Assembly: GCF_009914755.1 (NCBI RefSeq)
Contig: NC_060925.1
Source of the DNA: the human T2T-CHM13v2.0 reference genome, Homo sapiens
Strand: one strand, 5' to 3'
Length of the DNA: 64,000 nt
Of the stretch, positions 43,251-57,392 are shown piece after piece. Position numbers and translations under genes: made by a program. Numbering within the stretch: the stretch's first letter is position 1; the number at the start of each line of letters is the position of its first letter. The notes below the pieces were generated by a model. The model had not been told where the DNA came from and did no database searches. It was given only the letters and a program-made list of their open reading frames with translations.

Positions 43251-43300
43251 AAAAAAAAGGAATGGAGGGAGGAAGGGAATAAAGAAGGAACAAAAGAGAA
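42853..43300. repeat. Complex polypurine STR including (GAAA)19
   Basis: Pure purine runs 42891-43120 and 43122-43262; perfect GAAA units 43177-43252. Confidence 0.97.
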
Positions 43301-43474
43301 GATTTTGGCAGAACACTTTCTAAAATGTAACTCAACCGCCCCTGCTTTCTTAAAGAGTGGAGGAACTTTATTTAACTTCTTATTTTTTTCTTTTCTTGGT
43401 TGTAACATTATCACAAAAAGAACTGATTTCACTGCTATCGGATAAAAAATAATAGGTTTAGGCCATGGTTGGGG

Positions 43475-43503
43475 GGAGAGAGAGAGAGAAGTGAGAGAGA
43501 AAG

Positions 43504-43550
<47 letters not shown>

Positions 43551-43568
43551 AAGAGAGAGGGAGAGAAA
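43475..43568. repeat. Compound (GA)n(CA)n(GA)n microsatellite
   Basis: Read directly. Confidence 0.95.
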
Positions 43569-44274
43569 TATTTGCCTGCACACCTGAGAGGTCCCAAATT
43601 ACTGTGCCTTTTGGAATTCTTGTGCCTGTCTGTTTTTTACATTTTTTTTCTGTTGCTCTCTTCTTTGGGCCATCAGCAGTTACCTCTTGTTAGTGTGCAA
43701 GACTATGCAAAGCCTTCTCCCTAATGCTGATTTTCTATTTCTAAATTGCTGTGGGCATAGAGAAACTCACACTGGTTAAGGATATGTGTGCAATAAACAT
43801 AAATGCTTTTCAAGTCAGGAACTGAGGGCTGGTTCTTCTCTGAGAAAAGCATAAGAAAAGCGTCTCTCAAGTGTTGTTTTATTTTTTAAAAAATTCATTG
43901 TTTCTAAGCTATTTTCTAGATATGTGAGGCTAGCAATGGCTCAGTTCTATGTAAATAAAAATATATATTAAGTATTGTCAACCTACCCGCCCCACCCCTG
44001 GCAGAGATTGCTTACTCAAATGCTTACATTCGGATGATATATATCTTTCTTGCCCTGAAGTTTTGAAAATTTTAATAGCTCCATGGATTGAAATGACATG
44101 AGAGAAAAATATTTCAAGTCTCTTTTAGAATTTTTATGCTCATAAAAATGTTCCCAGTGTATCAAAGGCAAGTTTGATCTCAGAGAAGTCATATCCTCCA
44201 AAATCTATCTCAGGTGCTATCTCCCTATTGATGACACTTTCCTCTTTTCCCAATTGGTTTATAAAACTCATTTT

Positions 44275-45410
<1,136 letters not shown>

Positions 45411-46239
45411 TAAAAAACTCATTTTCCATGACTGGTCATTTCTGTTTAAGATTCTATTGGTCAAAACTGCTATCTAGGCAGTTGCCAGTCCTTCAGGATT
45501 TCCAAGCAGAAACCATAATGAGTATTAAAAATCAGTGGGCTGGGAGCTCTAAGTCCCCAAACACATTCACAGTCAACCATGTGATGTTCCCCATTGACAA
45601 CCCACAAGCAGAGGCAAGCTGCGGGGTGCCGCCCGACCAGAGCAGATTGCAGCCAGGCTGGCCTTCCTGAAAGACACACACACTGGTCCCTGGACCCTGG
45701 GACGCCCCCGCTCCCCCGACTGTTTATGTTTGCTGTCACACACTGAACAATCACGCGGTACACTTCACAGTCAGCAAGTTTATCTTGAGTTAAAGTTTGA
45801 CCAGTAGAAACCAAGTTGTGTTTACCCCCGTCCTACAGCAAGTCATGTGCAAATAGCACCTGTGAACATTTTTCAGCACACATTCTGTACCCTCTCCATG
45901 GTTCTCATGGCAATGAATGTTGCGGGGAAAGCCAGTAAGCGTGAAAGCTTTGGCAAATGTTAAAATCCTCTCCGGAAATGGTTCACAATCACTGACATCA
46001 GGGTGCATGGGTCATGACCATCTTCGTCGTTAGAGCACATTCCCTCTTCCCCAAAATGCAAACTCAACCCAATAACCCTTCTACTAAACAGACTAGAAAC
46101 TCTGAATGCTGTGACATATTTTCTCACTGTAATAAGAATACACTTACATGTTTTTTTAATTGTTAGAATTTAAAAGGATTTTATAGACTGGATTTCACAA
46201 TACTTTCCAACTGTTGTATTTCATATTTATGCATTGGTC

Positions 46240-46480
46240 ACAATGTGTTAAGCACTATTCTAAGTGCTTTCAAATATTATTAATTCATTTATTCCTCCTA
46301 ACAACTTTGTGAGATAAGTACTATTATTACCCCATTTTACAGATCTGCAAACTGAGGCACAAAGAGATTCAGTAATTTGTCCAAGGTTACATGCATTGCT
46401 AGTAAGTGGTAGAGCCAGTGAGTTGAACCCAGGCCCAGACAAAAGCAAGTATATACCCATTTTCCATGCTGCCTTACTAC
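46240..46480 (-). mobile_element. MIR
   Basis: ccccattttacagat..aaactgaggcacaaagagattcagtaatttgtccaaggttac. Confidence 0.85.
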
Positions 46481-46556
46481 ATAAATGTAAGTATTGGTAA
46501 TACTGTCTCTTTTTTTCCAAATAAATTGAAGAGAAGCTGATTTTTTAAATATTTAC

Positions 46557-46941
46557 TATATTAGTTTGCTAGGGCTACTATAACAGAGTACCCTAGACTC
46601 AGTGGCTTAAACAATAGAAACTTATTTTCTCACAATTCTGGCGGCTAGATGTCTGAGATCAAGGTGCCATCAGGCTTGGTTTCTCTTGAGGCCTTTCTCT
46701 TTGCCTTATAGATAGCCACCTTCACCAGTTCACCTTACACGGATTTCACCCTGAGTGCATCTGTATCCTAATTTCCTCTCCTTAAAAAACACCAGTCGTA
46801 TAGGATTAGGGCTCACAGCAATGACCTCATTTGAACTTAATTACCTCTTTAAGACCCCGTCTCCAAATAGAGTCCCATTCTGAGGTTAGTGGGGTTAGGG
46901 GTTCAACATATGAATTTTGGGGGACACAATTCACTATAACA
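46557..46941 (-). mobile_element. MaLR solo LTR (MLT1B/C-like)
   Basis: tattagtttgctagggctactataaca ... ggggacacaattcactataaca. Confidence 0.85.
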
Positions 46942-48249
46942 TCTACTACATGGTCATAATGTGCTAGCTACTATATGAAATGTCAAAATGTTGAGCTCCA
47001 AGTTCTTTAAGAAGGCACAGTATTCATAGTGGACATTTATTTGAATGACAAAGTTGACACGGCTCTTGTTTCTTTCTAGAAGGTTGACTTGACCATGCTC
47101 TCCAATTTGAAGTGGGTACTATGACCGAGGCATAGTGCTTGCCATTGTTTTACCTTGACTTCCTCACTTCGTACACCAAGGGTGAGAAACTGTTCATCTC
47201 TCTCTATCGTCTGTGTTTCATCTCTCTCTCTCTTTATCATCTGTCTTTCATCCATGTAGCTATTTATGTATCTACTGATCTGTCTGACTATCTATATGTC
47301 AATCAGTCATCTCAATGGACCACAAATTAAGGAATGAAGTAGTCATCTTGCTATTATGTGTGTCTTGGGCATGTCTTTAAAAAGACTCCATTTTAGCTTT
47401 CTCATTATAAAATGTGTCTCTTAAGCCAACTGTAGAAAGTAAGACTTAGTATAAAGGGAAGGAGCTTTATGGCAGGAAATCTAAGGTAAGCCATCTTTTA
47501 TGACTAGAAGTAAATCCCTGGGTACAGGGAAAAATCAGAGATGTGGAAATAATAGGCGCGTGTATATGTAAGTATGAGATATTCATCTCACAGCGCCTGT
47601 CATGTAGGAGGTGATTTAAAATTATTAAAGGAAGGAAAACAGTATCCTGTCCCAGTTTTTTCCAACAAATGTCATAAACAGATACCTGCAATGATTTAGG
47701 TCCCTACAATATAATTTTACTTCTCATATAAAAGCAAATATTATCCTGCCTCTCCTACTTCTAATTCCCCAAGGAGAGCATGTCCTTCTTAACTGTGTTC
47801 ATCACTTCTGCAATTACTGTGAATGTGGAAGTGCTATTTAAATAAATTTTAGAGCATTATACGAGTGTTACCATGAATGTTTGCCACTCCTTTCCCTTCT
47901 TTTGGTTTTGAATCCCAGGAAACTAAAAACAAAATTGGACACTAGTGAAATGAAGTTGCCAGGATAATGCTGAGTAAACTATGGCAATCCTTTGTTAACC
48001 CTAGTGTTGTAATAATGAGGTTCAGCATTTGTTTTTTAAAATTTCAAAATCTGTGATCTTTTAGCAGATGTTGGGCTCAGTTCAATATCCTTCACAGTGA
48101 TGACTTTCCTTTCCTGTAGGTTATGCATGCCATGATTGAGGAACTGCCTGTGTTCTACCCTTCAATGAATGGATAGAAATGTAGATCCAGAAAAAAAAAT
48201 GTGCCCTTAAGTTCCTCAATATTTTGGGAAGTTGCCAAGTGGTTACTGT

Positions 48250-48664
48250 AGTAGATTACGGCATTGTTTGCAATTATTTGTCCTTTCTCCTTTAAAAGGG
48301 TTATATATCCCTGCCTTAGACCCCTTATAAGTAAGTGTACTTCCCTGTCCCTATCAGGCTTGCTCATGTGATTTTCATTGGCCAATGACGTATGAGTAGA
48401 CAAGGTATATGCCACTTAGGAGCAGAAGCTTTAAATGTGATCATGTGGTTCCACTTGGTCTCTTGCTCTTCTGCCCTGTTCCAAGAGAAAAGCATTTTCC
48501 AGATAGGAGCTGCTCCTTCAGCTGCATCCTGGGATGAGAAAACACATGGGACAGAGCCATAGCAGACTCATAGCCTACGTGTATCATGAGCAAGAAATAC
48601 ATTGATGACGTAACAACTGAGATTTTGGGGGATTGTTTGTTATGCAGTGAAGCTGACTAATACA
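48250..48664 (+). mobile_element. Old MaLR LTR (MLT1I/J-like)
   Basis: catgtgattttcattggccaatga ... gagcaagaaatac ... ttatgcagtgaagctgactaataca. Confidence 0.7.
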
Positions 48665-50443
48665 GTTACACAAGATTTTGCTGAGATTTGCACAAATAAA
48701 ACAAGGGAGGATGTGAGTGCAAGAAGATGTTATACTTCACAGTAAGGGCTAGTTTCTAAACATGAAAGAACACATAGCTTATGTAACATGACATTTGTTG
48801 GAGAATATGCCCTAGAAAATCATGATATCACAGATATATACTAAATATCTGAAGGAGATTACGGAGAAAACATTTCCAGCGGAGGAGTTCTTTAATATAG
48901 ACAGAGCTTGTTTCAGAATTGGTATCTTCCTGAATATTTGGTTTGTGTATATATTTTTACATATATATGTGTAATTACTCAAACATAGTATCATTTTAAA
49001 TTTTTATTCTCTAAACCCCATTTTTAATGAGTTCTTGATCTTGCCAACTAAGGTTCTGTTAATATTTTTCAGAAGTGTACGATAGGTTACAGATTATAGC
49101 TCTGCACGCCAGTAGGTTTAGAAATAAGTGTTTATTGAATGTAAATACTACAAGGAGAAAACTGGAGCACCATGATAAAACTTGAGCTTAGAATAGTACC
49201 TGGTATAGAGTAGATGCTAAAAAATACTTATTGATTGACTGAGTAAATTACAATACTGTAGAGTTTAGGTAAGATAAGGGGTAACTTTGTCCTGAGGTTC
49301 GTTTGCTGTTTATTTAATTATGAATTCTCTCCCTTCTCATTCCATAAAGACTCTGGGTCAACTCATTCTGGAGGATGTGCCTCATACAAGTCATTTCTTT
49401 TTCTTTGTTTTCCTACACAGAAAGTGGGAATCGTAAGAGTGAGAAGAAAATGTTTAAAATGTTTGGAGAACTTTTGCGCTTTATAACTGTACTCCCTTGC
49501 CCCTTTTCCCTGCTTGTTGAGTATTTGTGGCTTATTGCTGTTGTCTCTGTGATTGATTCAGAGTCCACTCTGATGACTCCTGTTCTGCTCTCTACCTTAT
49601 GCTGTGCTGGGCATGCCTATGAGCGGAAGACCCCAATTCATGGTCTCGAAAGCTGTGTTGGAGGACAATGAATGGGGAGAATGCAGTCTTGGAAATTTGG
49701 AAATAGGTGGGATCCAAAGAGCACCCCAATATAGCATTTGCTTATTGTTCATAAAATAGTTGTTGAATGCATGAATATATACTTTTTGAGACTGTAGAGA
49801 TGCTTGTAGGAAGAGCAGCTGAACACCTGGCGAGGATAGCGATTATTTGCATGTGTCCAGCTGTGTGCCTGTGCCAGGGCTAAGTCTCCTAGGAAACCAG
49901 AGTAGCACCACATTGTGAACCTGATGTCATGACGGTGGCAAGCAGTTTAGTTTCCTGCCTCCACCAGAGTGAGGGCATACTTGGTGTTAGTAAATTTCAT
50001 AAATGTAACATTTTAGGTATTAAATAGATTTTAATTAAATAAATTATATATTTCTGAAATTAAATAATTAACAATAATAAACCTCCTCATTTACCCTCAA
50101 ATATTGAGGTAGTAAGAGAAGAGTAATCATTTAGGTTTATGCCTTTCTGGGTATCAGTATTTAAGAGCACCCAGGAATAGCTGAAGTTGTCTTTTCTCTG
50201 TCTGAACCCCCTCCAGTAACTTGCATGCCCTGTAAAGGCAGAAATTACACATGCCTGGTTCACTGCTGGGTCCTCAGTTACTACCTGGGTTCCTTCTTGT
50301 TACAGGCACTAATACAGACTTGATGACTGCTTGATGAGCTGTACTGAGAGGGCCCAAAGCCATGACAGGCCCAGCCCACATCACTGCTTGGCAGGAGCCG
50401 CTCCTAAGTCAGTGTTGCCCTGGGGAATCTGAGAAAACACCTA

Positions 50444-50902
<459 letters not shown>

Positions 50903-50940
50903 TTAATTCATTTAATGCTCACAGCCACTCTATGAGGTCT

Positions 50941-51496
50941 TGTGGTAGGCTGTCTCTGCGATGACCCCTGTTGATCCTCACCTCCTAGCATTCACTTCCT
51001 TGTATAATCTCTTCTCCTTGAGTGTGGACTGGATTCATATACTTGTCTTGAATGAGTAGAGTATGTCAAAATAATAGGATGTCCCCTTCAAGATCAGATT
51101 GTAAAAAGTCTGTGGCTTCTGTCTTTGGTGCTCCAGCTGCCATGCCATGAGCCACCCTGTAGAGAGGTCTATATGACAAAGCACTGAGGGAGACCCCCAG
51201 CCAACAGCCAGGGAGAAAGTGGAACCCTCAGTCCAACCGACTCCATTGGATGCAATCCTGTTGGCAACCACGTGCATGGACTTGGAAGAAGATCCTGCCC
51301 CAGTCACACCTTCAGATGGGACTGTAGCCTCAGACAGTAGTTGGACTGCAACCTCATGAGATACTTTGAGCCACAAGCTCCTGGCTGAGTCGTGCTTGGC
51401 TTCATAACCCACAGAAGTTGTGGCTAATACATGTTTACTGGTTCAAGCTGCTAAGTTTTGGGATAATTTATCATACAGCAATAGATAACAAATATA
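50941..51496 (+). mobile_element. MaLR solo LTR (MLT1E/F/G-like) inserted in a MIR
   Basis: tgtggtaggctg ... aagctgctaagttttgggataatttatcatacagcaatagataac; MIR halves at ~50860-50940 and ~51500-51600. Confidence 0.8.
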
Positions 51497-51844
51497 GGTA
51501 GGTACAGGTATTATTTGCATTTTACAGAAGAGGAAACTGAGGTTTAGAGAGGATGGAAATGATGGAGCCAGGATGTGGACCTTCAAATATGACTCCAAGG
51601 ACTGCACAATTGATAACAAGAATCAGTTTTGGATAATGTTAAGCATATTACTGTTGTTCAGTCCAGGTTGGTACTGTGCAGAAACTACGTGCTTCCAGAC
51701 TCTAGAAAAGCTAATATGAGCAGAAAAAAGGATGGTTTCCTCCCAAGCCAGGTAAAGATTTTAAAAGATACACAAGAAAAAAATTATAGATCATACAGGC
51801 AACGACAGAGCATTAACATTCCATTTCTAACAAAGATGATCTTA

Positions 51845-51919
51845 GTATTAGTCAGAGTTCTCCAGAGAGACAAGACCAATAGGAGATAGATGGATGGATA
51901 GATGGATGGATGGATAGAT

Positions 51920-51956
<37 letters not shown>

Positions 51957-52438
51957 GTAGATAAAGAGAGGATTATTAGGGGAATTGGCTCATATGATTA
52001 TGGAGGCAGAGAAGTCCCATGACAAGCCGCCCACAAACTGCATGCCTGCAGTATGGCTCAGTCCAAAAGCCTCAGAACCAGAGAAGCCAATGGTGCAACT
52101 CTGAGTCTGAGGCCAAAGGCCTGAGAACCCAGGGTGTCCTGGAGTCTAAAGGCTGAAAAGCCTGGAGTTCTGATATCCAAGGGCAACAGAAACAGGGTGT
52201 CCCAGGTCCAGGAGAAAGAAAGAAAGATTTCTCCTTTCCTCTGCCTTGTTGTTCTATGTGGGCCCCCAGCTGATTGGATGGTGCCCGCCTACATTGAGGG
52301 CAGATCTTTCCCACTCGGTCCACTGACTCACATGCCAGTCTCCTCTGGAAACACCCTCACAGACACACCCAGATTTGAGGCTTTACCAGCTCTCTAGGTA
52401 TTCCTTAATCCAGTTAAGACCTAAAATTAACTATCACA
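51845..52438 (-). mobile_element. ERVL LTR (MLT2B-like) with internal (GATG)n(GATA)n STR
   Basis: gtattagtcagagttctccagaga ... aaaattaactatcaca; STR at ~51887-51963. Confidence 0.85.
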
Positions 52439-52607
52439 GCTTCCCTGCCTTCCAGTCCACCACTCAAAAATAACCATTCTCAGCAGTTCCTTCTGTTCTC
52501 TATTGCCTCAAAATTATGCAAAACACAGCAAATGTGGATGTACATTTGCATATATAAAAATATTGTGTGTGTGTATGTGTGTGTGTGTGTGTACACATAT
52601 ACATGTA

Positions 52608-53048
52608 CAGCTGACTCTAGAGCAACATGAGGGTTAGGGGCACCGATCCCCCAACACAGTTGAAAATCTGCATATAACTCTTGACTCCCCTAAAACATAA
52701 CTACCAAAAGCCTATTGTTGATCAGAAGCCTTGCCAATAACACAGTAAAGCAACACCTATTTTATATGTTATATGTCTTAGATTCTGTATTCTTAGAAAA
52801 AAGTAAGCCAGAGAAAAGAAAATGTTATTAAGAAAATCATAAGGAAGAGAAAATCTACTTACCATGTGTCAAGTGGTAGTGCATCATCCTAAAGGTCCTC
52901 ATCCTCATTGTGTTCATGTTGAGTAGGCTGAGCAGTGGGGAGGAAGAGGAGGGATTGGTCTTGCTGTCTCAGGGGTAGCAGAGGTAGAAGAAAATCTGTG
53001 CATAGTGGACCTGCACAGTTCAAGCCCATGTTGTTCAAGGGCCAATTG
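52608..53048 (-). mobile_element. Tigger2a/MER28 DNA transposon, full length
   Basis: Both TIRs recognisable; reverse-complement homolog of the 25011-25739 copy; 441 bp. Confidence 0.85.
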
Positions 53049-53187
53049 TGTACACAACACCACACACACGCACACACACACACACACGAATGTGCACAAA
53101 AATTTGGGATCATGGTTATTTCTATTATTTATTGCTACATAACAAATCACCCCCAAACGTAGTGGTCTAAAACAGTAGCAAGTGTTT

Positions 53188-53301
53188 CCCGGCTAATTTT
53201 TTGTATTTTTAGTAGAGACGGGGTTTCACCGTGTTAGCCGGGATGGTCTCGATCTCCTGACCTGGTGATCTTCCCGCCTCCATCTCCCAAAGTGCTGGGA
53301 T
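53188..53301 (-). mobile_element. AluY-type internal fragment (left arm + linker only)
   Basis: cccggctaattttttgtattttt...caccgtgttagccgggatggtctcgatctcc...aaagtgctgggat; no tail, no 5' end. Confidence 0.9.
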
Positions 53302-54090
53302 GTGTTTTGGTATAATTTTGTCAAGGTAGTAGTAATCTAAATTCAAGCAGTGGAATTCCTGGATCAAAGGGAACATACATTGAAAATTACAATTGCTATT
53401 GTTAAATTGCTCTCAGATGAGTCTATTAATATTAGCAACATGACCACCAGTTAACAGTCCCCATAACAATATTTATGAGTTCCTTTCTCCACATATCTTC
53501 ACAGGCACTAATTATTTTTGCCAATTAGGTGAACACTTTATAATTTTTGCCAATTAGGTGAACAATGGCATCCTGTTATGATTTGGATATGCATTCTTAA
53601 TTTCAAGTAAGTGTGCTTATCACACATTTGTGTGACTTTCCTTATAAGCTGCCCATTCATATTCTTTGCCCAATTTTTAATTTATTGATTCGTGCCAGCT
53701 TTTCTTTATTGGTTTGTACCAGCTTTTTATAATTTAAGAAAATTAACCCTGTGTTTCTCATATATGTTGCAAGTATTTGCCCTGATTGTCACATTTTTAA
53801 AGGTAATTTTGTCATACAAAAGGATGTATACTTTTATGGCATTAAATTTATAATTTTTTAAATCTGTGGCTTCTACACTAGAAAGGACTTTGCTAGACAG
53901 AGATGATCAATAAACACACCCATGATTTTTTAAACCTTATGGTTTCAAATTTTACCTTTAAATTTTTTATACACATGGAATTTATTGGGGGAAAGAGTGT
54001 GGTAAGAATGAGCTTAATTTATTTTTTTAAGTGGCTAGCCACTGGTTCCAACACCGTTTGTTGAATAGCCCTTCTTTTCACCTCTTACAA
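53302..54090 (-). mobile_element. Old L1 (L1M-type) fragment
   Basis: gtggaattcctggatcaaagg, tgcccattcatattctttgcccaatttt, ccaacaccgtttgttgaatag are antisense L1 ORF2/3' motifs. Confidence 0.7.
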
Positions 54091-54345
54091 GCAGCCTTTA
54101 CTACTTTCACCTGTTCCACCCTCATCAAGTGTCTACTGCCTACCCCTTTGGGTAGATGATGACAATGACCTAGGATTAGGGCAGAAGCTACTGTTCCTAT
54201 AAAGAGAAGGCCCTTTATATAACTTCTTACTACAAGCATATACATGCCCTACCTTAGAGGCTAAGCTGATCTGTCCACTCACCCCCACCCCCAGCCTCTC
54301 TGAGATAATTTTCCTTATGCATATTTGGCAATTCTTGCCCACTTG

Positions 54346-54661
<316 letters not shown>

Positions 54662-54754
54662 AGCACTTGATCATTTATGGGTCAGTGCTCTAGGCGCAAC
54701 CACTCTGTAAGTCACTTTCACAAAGTGTTCTTCAAGATTATTCATTTTCTCCTC

Positions 54755-57392
54755 AATAGATGCAGAAAAAGCATTTGACAATGTTCAACATTCTTTCTTG
54801 ATTAAAAAGTCTCAACGCTTTAGGTATAGAAGGAAATTTCCTCAACATAATAAAGGCTGTTTATGAAAATCCTAGAGATAGCAACATAAGCAGTGGGAAA
54901 AATGGAAAGCTTTTCCTCTAAGATCCAGTACAAGGCAGGGATGCCCATTCTTGCCACTTCTATTCAACATAGTATTGAAAGTACTACCCAGAGCAGTCAG
55001 ATAAGAAAAAAATATGAAGGGCATCTAAATCAGAAAAGAAGTAAAATTATCCCTTTTTATCGGTGACATGATCCTATATGTAGAAAACCCTAACAACTTC
55101 AAACACACAAAAAAAACCTGTTTAAACTAATAAACGAATTCAGTAAAGTTGGAGAATACAAAATCAACATACAAAAATCAGTACCTTTCTTCACAACAAT
55201 AATGACTTATCCAAAAAATAAAGAAAACAATTTCATTAATAACATTAAAAAGAATAAAATAATTAGGAATAAATTTAACCAAGTAGCTGAAAGACCTGTA
55301 CACTAAAAATTATAAAACATTGATAAAAGAAGTTTAAGATGACACAAATAATGGAAAGAGATCCCATATTCATGGACAGAAAGAATTAATATTGTTAAAA
55401 TGTTCATAGTACACAAAGCAGTATGAAGATTCAAAGCCATCCTTGTCAATATTCCAATTACATTTTTTACAGAACTAGAGAAATCAGTTCTAAAATCTGT
55501 ATGGAATCACAGAAGACCCCAATAGCCAAAGTTATTAAGAAAGAAAAACAAAGTTGAAGTCATCATACTTGGTGATTTTTAAATTTTACTACAAATCTAT
55601 AGTAATCAAAACAGTATGGTATTGACATAAAAACAGACACATGAACCAACAGAACAGAATAGACAGTCCAGAAATAAACCCAAACATATACAATCAACTA
55701 ATTTTTGACAAGAGCACCAAGAAGGTACAATGGAGAAATCAGTCTCTTTAGTAAATCGTGTTGGGAATGCAAGATATCCACATGAAAATGAATGAAGTTA
55801 GACCTTATCTTACAACAGACACAAAAATCAACTTAAAATAGATTAAGATGTAAGTTAAGACCTGAAACCATGAAACTCCTAGAAGAAAACAGGGGGAAAG
55901 CTCCTTGGCATTGGCCTTGGCAATGACTTTTTTTTAAATATTACATCAAAACCTCAGGCAACAAAAGCAAAAATAAATAAGTGGGACTATATCAAATTAA
56001 AAATTTTCCACACAGCAAGGAAAACAATCAACAAAATGAAAAGAATAGAGCCTATGGATTGTGAGAGAATATTTGTGTACCATATATTAGTAATTGCTGT
56101 TTTTGCCATTACTTTTAATGGCATTAATGGCAGTTTCTGCCATTACTTTTAATGGCAAAAGCCACAATTCCTTTTGCACCAACATGATATTTGATACAGG
56201 GTTAATATACAAAATATATAGGAACTCACACAACTCAAAAGCAACAACAAGAACAGATAACCCAGTTAAAACATGGGCAAAGCACCTGAACAGACATTTC
56301 TCCAACGAAGACATAAAAATGGCCAGCAGGTGTATGAAAAGGTGCTCAGCATCACTAATTATCGGAGTAATGCAAATCAAAACCACAATGTGATATCACC
56401 TGACATCCATCAAGATGACTATTACCAAAAAGAAGAGATAACAAGTGTTGGACAGGGTGCGGAGAAAAGGGAACCCTTATACACTGTTGGTAGGAATATA
56501 AATCGGGACAGTCATTATGGAAAAAATTGCAGGGGGTTCTCAAAAAAACACTAAAAATAGAGCTACCTATCATATGACTCAGCAATCTCTGTGCTGGATA
56601 TATGCCCAAAGGAAATTAAATCAGTACCTTACAGAGATACCTGCTCTCCCATGTTCATTGCAGTATTATTCACAATAGCCAAGATATTGAAGCAACCTAA
56701 GTGTCCATCAACTGACGGATGGATAAAGAAATTGTTCATCACAGGGATTTGGTAAAAGCAGTTTCCCTGTGTTAGCACAACTTATTGAGGGATTGTAAAG
56801 GTCAGCCAAAGGAAAGGATACAATCATGGTCTAACTCAGACCACAGACCAGTATGGCTTGAACATTTTCCTTAATCAGTATGCTTTTATGCACACACACA
56901 CACACACATATGCACATATATATACATATAGTGGAATATTACACAGCCTTTAAAAAGTAGATATTGCCATTTTTGACAACATGGATGAACCTGGAGGACA
57001 TTATGTTAAGTGAAACAAGCCAGCCACAGAAAGAAAAATACTGTGATTCATCTTATATGTGGAATCTAAAAAAGAAGTTAAATAAGTAGAAAAGAGACAG
57101 TAGAATGGCTGTTACTGGGGATGGGAGAGGGAGAAGTGGGGAGAGGTCAAAGGGTGCAAATGTAGGATAAATAAATCTAAAGGTATGGTGTACAGCATAG
57201 TTAATAATATTATATTGTATACTGGAAATTCGTGAAGAGAGTAGATTTTAGGTGTTCTTATCATACACACACAAAAAATAACTGCGAGATGATGAATATG
57301 TTAATTTGCTTGACTGTAGTAACGATTTCACTCTGTATATATATGTCAAAACATCATGTTGTATGCCTTAAATATAGACAATTTTGTTAAAA
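54755..57392 (+). mobile_element. 5'-truncated L1 (L1MA/L1MB-type): decayed ORF2 RT region through 3'UTR
   Basis: tcaatagatgcagaaaaagcatttgaca (SIDAEKAFD), caaggcagggatgccc (RQGCP), ggtgacatgatcctatat (xDDM-like), ORF2 C-terminus and 3'UTR; many stops and frameshifts. Confidence 0.95.
56087..56187. mobile_element. MADE1 (Hsmar1-derived MITE), rearranged
   Basis: taattgc.gtttttgccattacttttaatggcaaaa.c.caatt.cttttgcaccaac; flanked by TA. Confidence 0.88.

Noticed and set aside
42721-43597. K/E/R-rich and F/L/S-rich ORFs up to 251 aa
   Set aside because: Translation artefacts of the polypurine STR
54755-57392. Functional reverse transcriptase gene
   Set aside because: L1 ORF2 remnant is 5'-truncated, frameshifted and interrupted by MADE1
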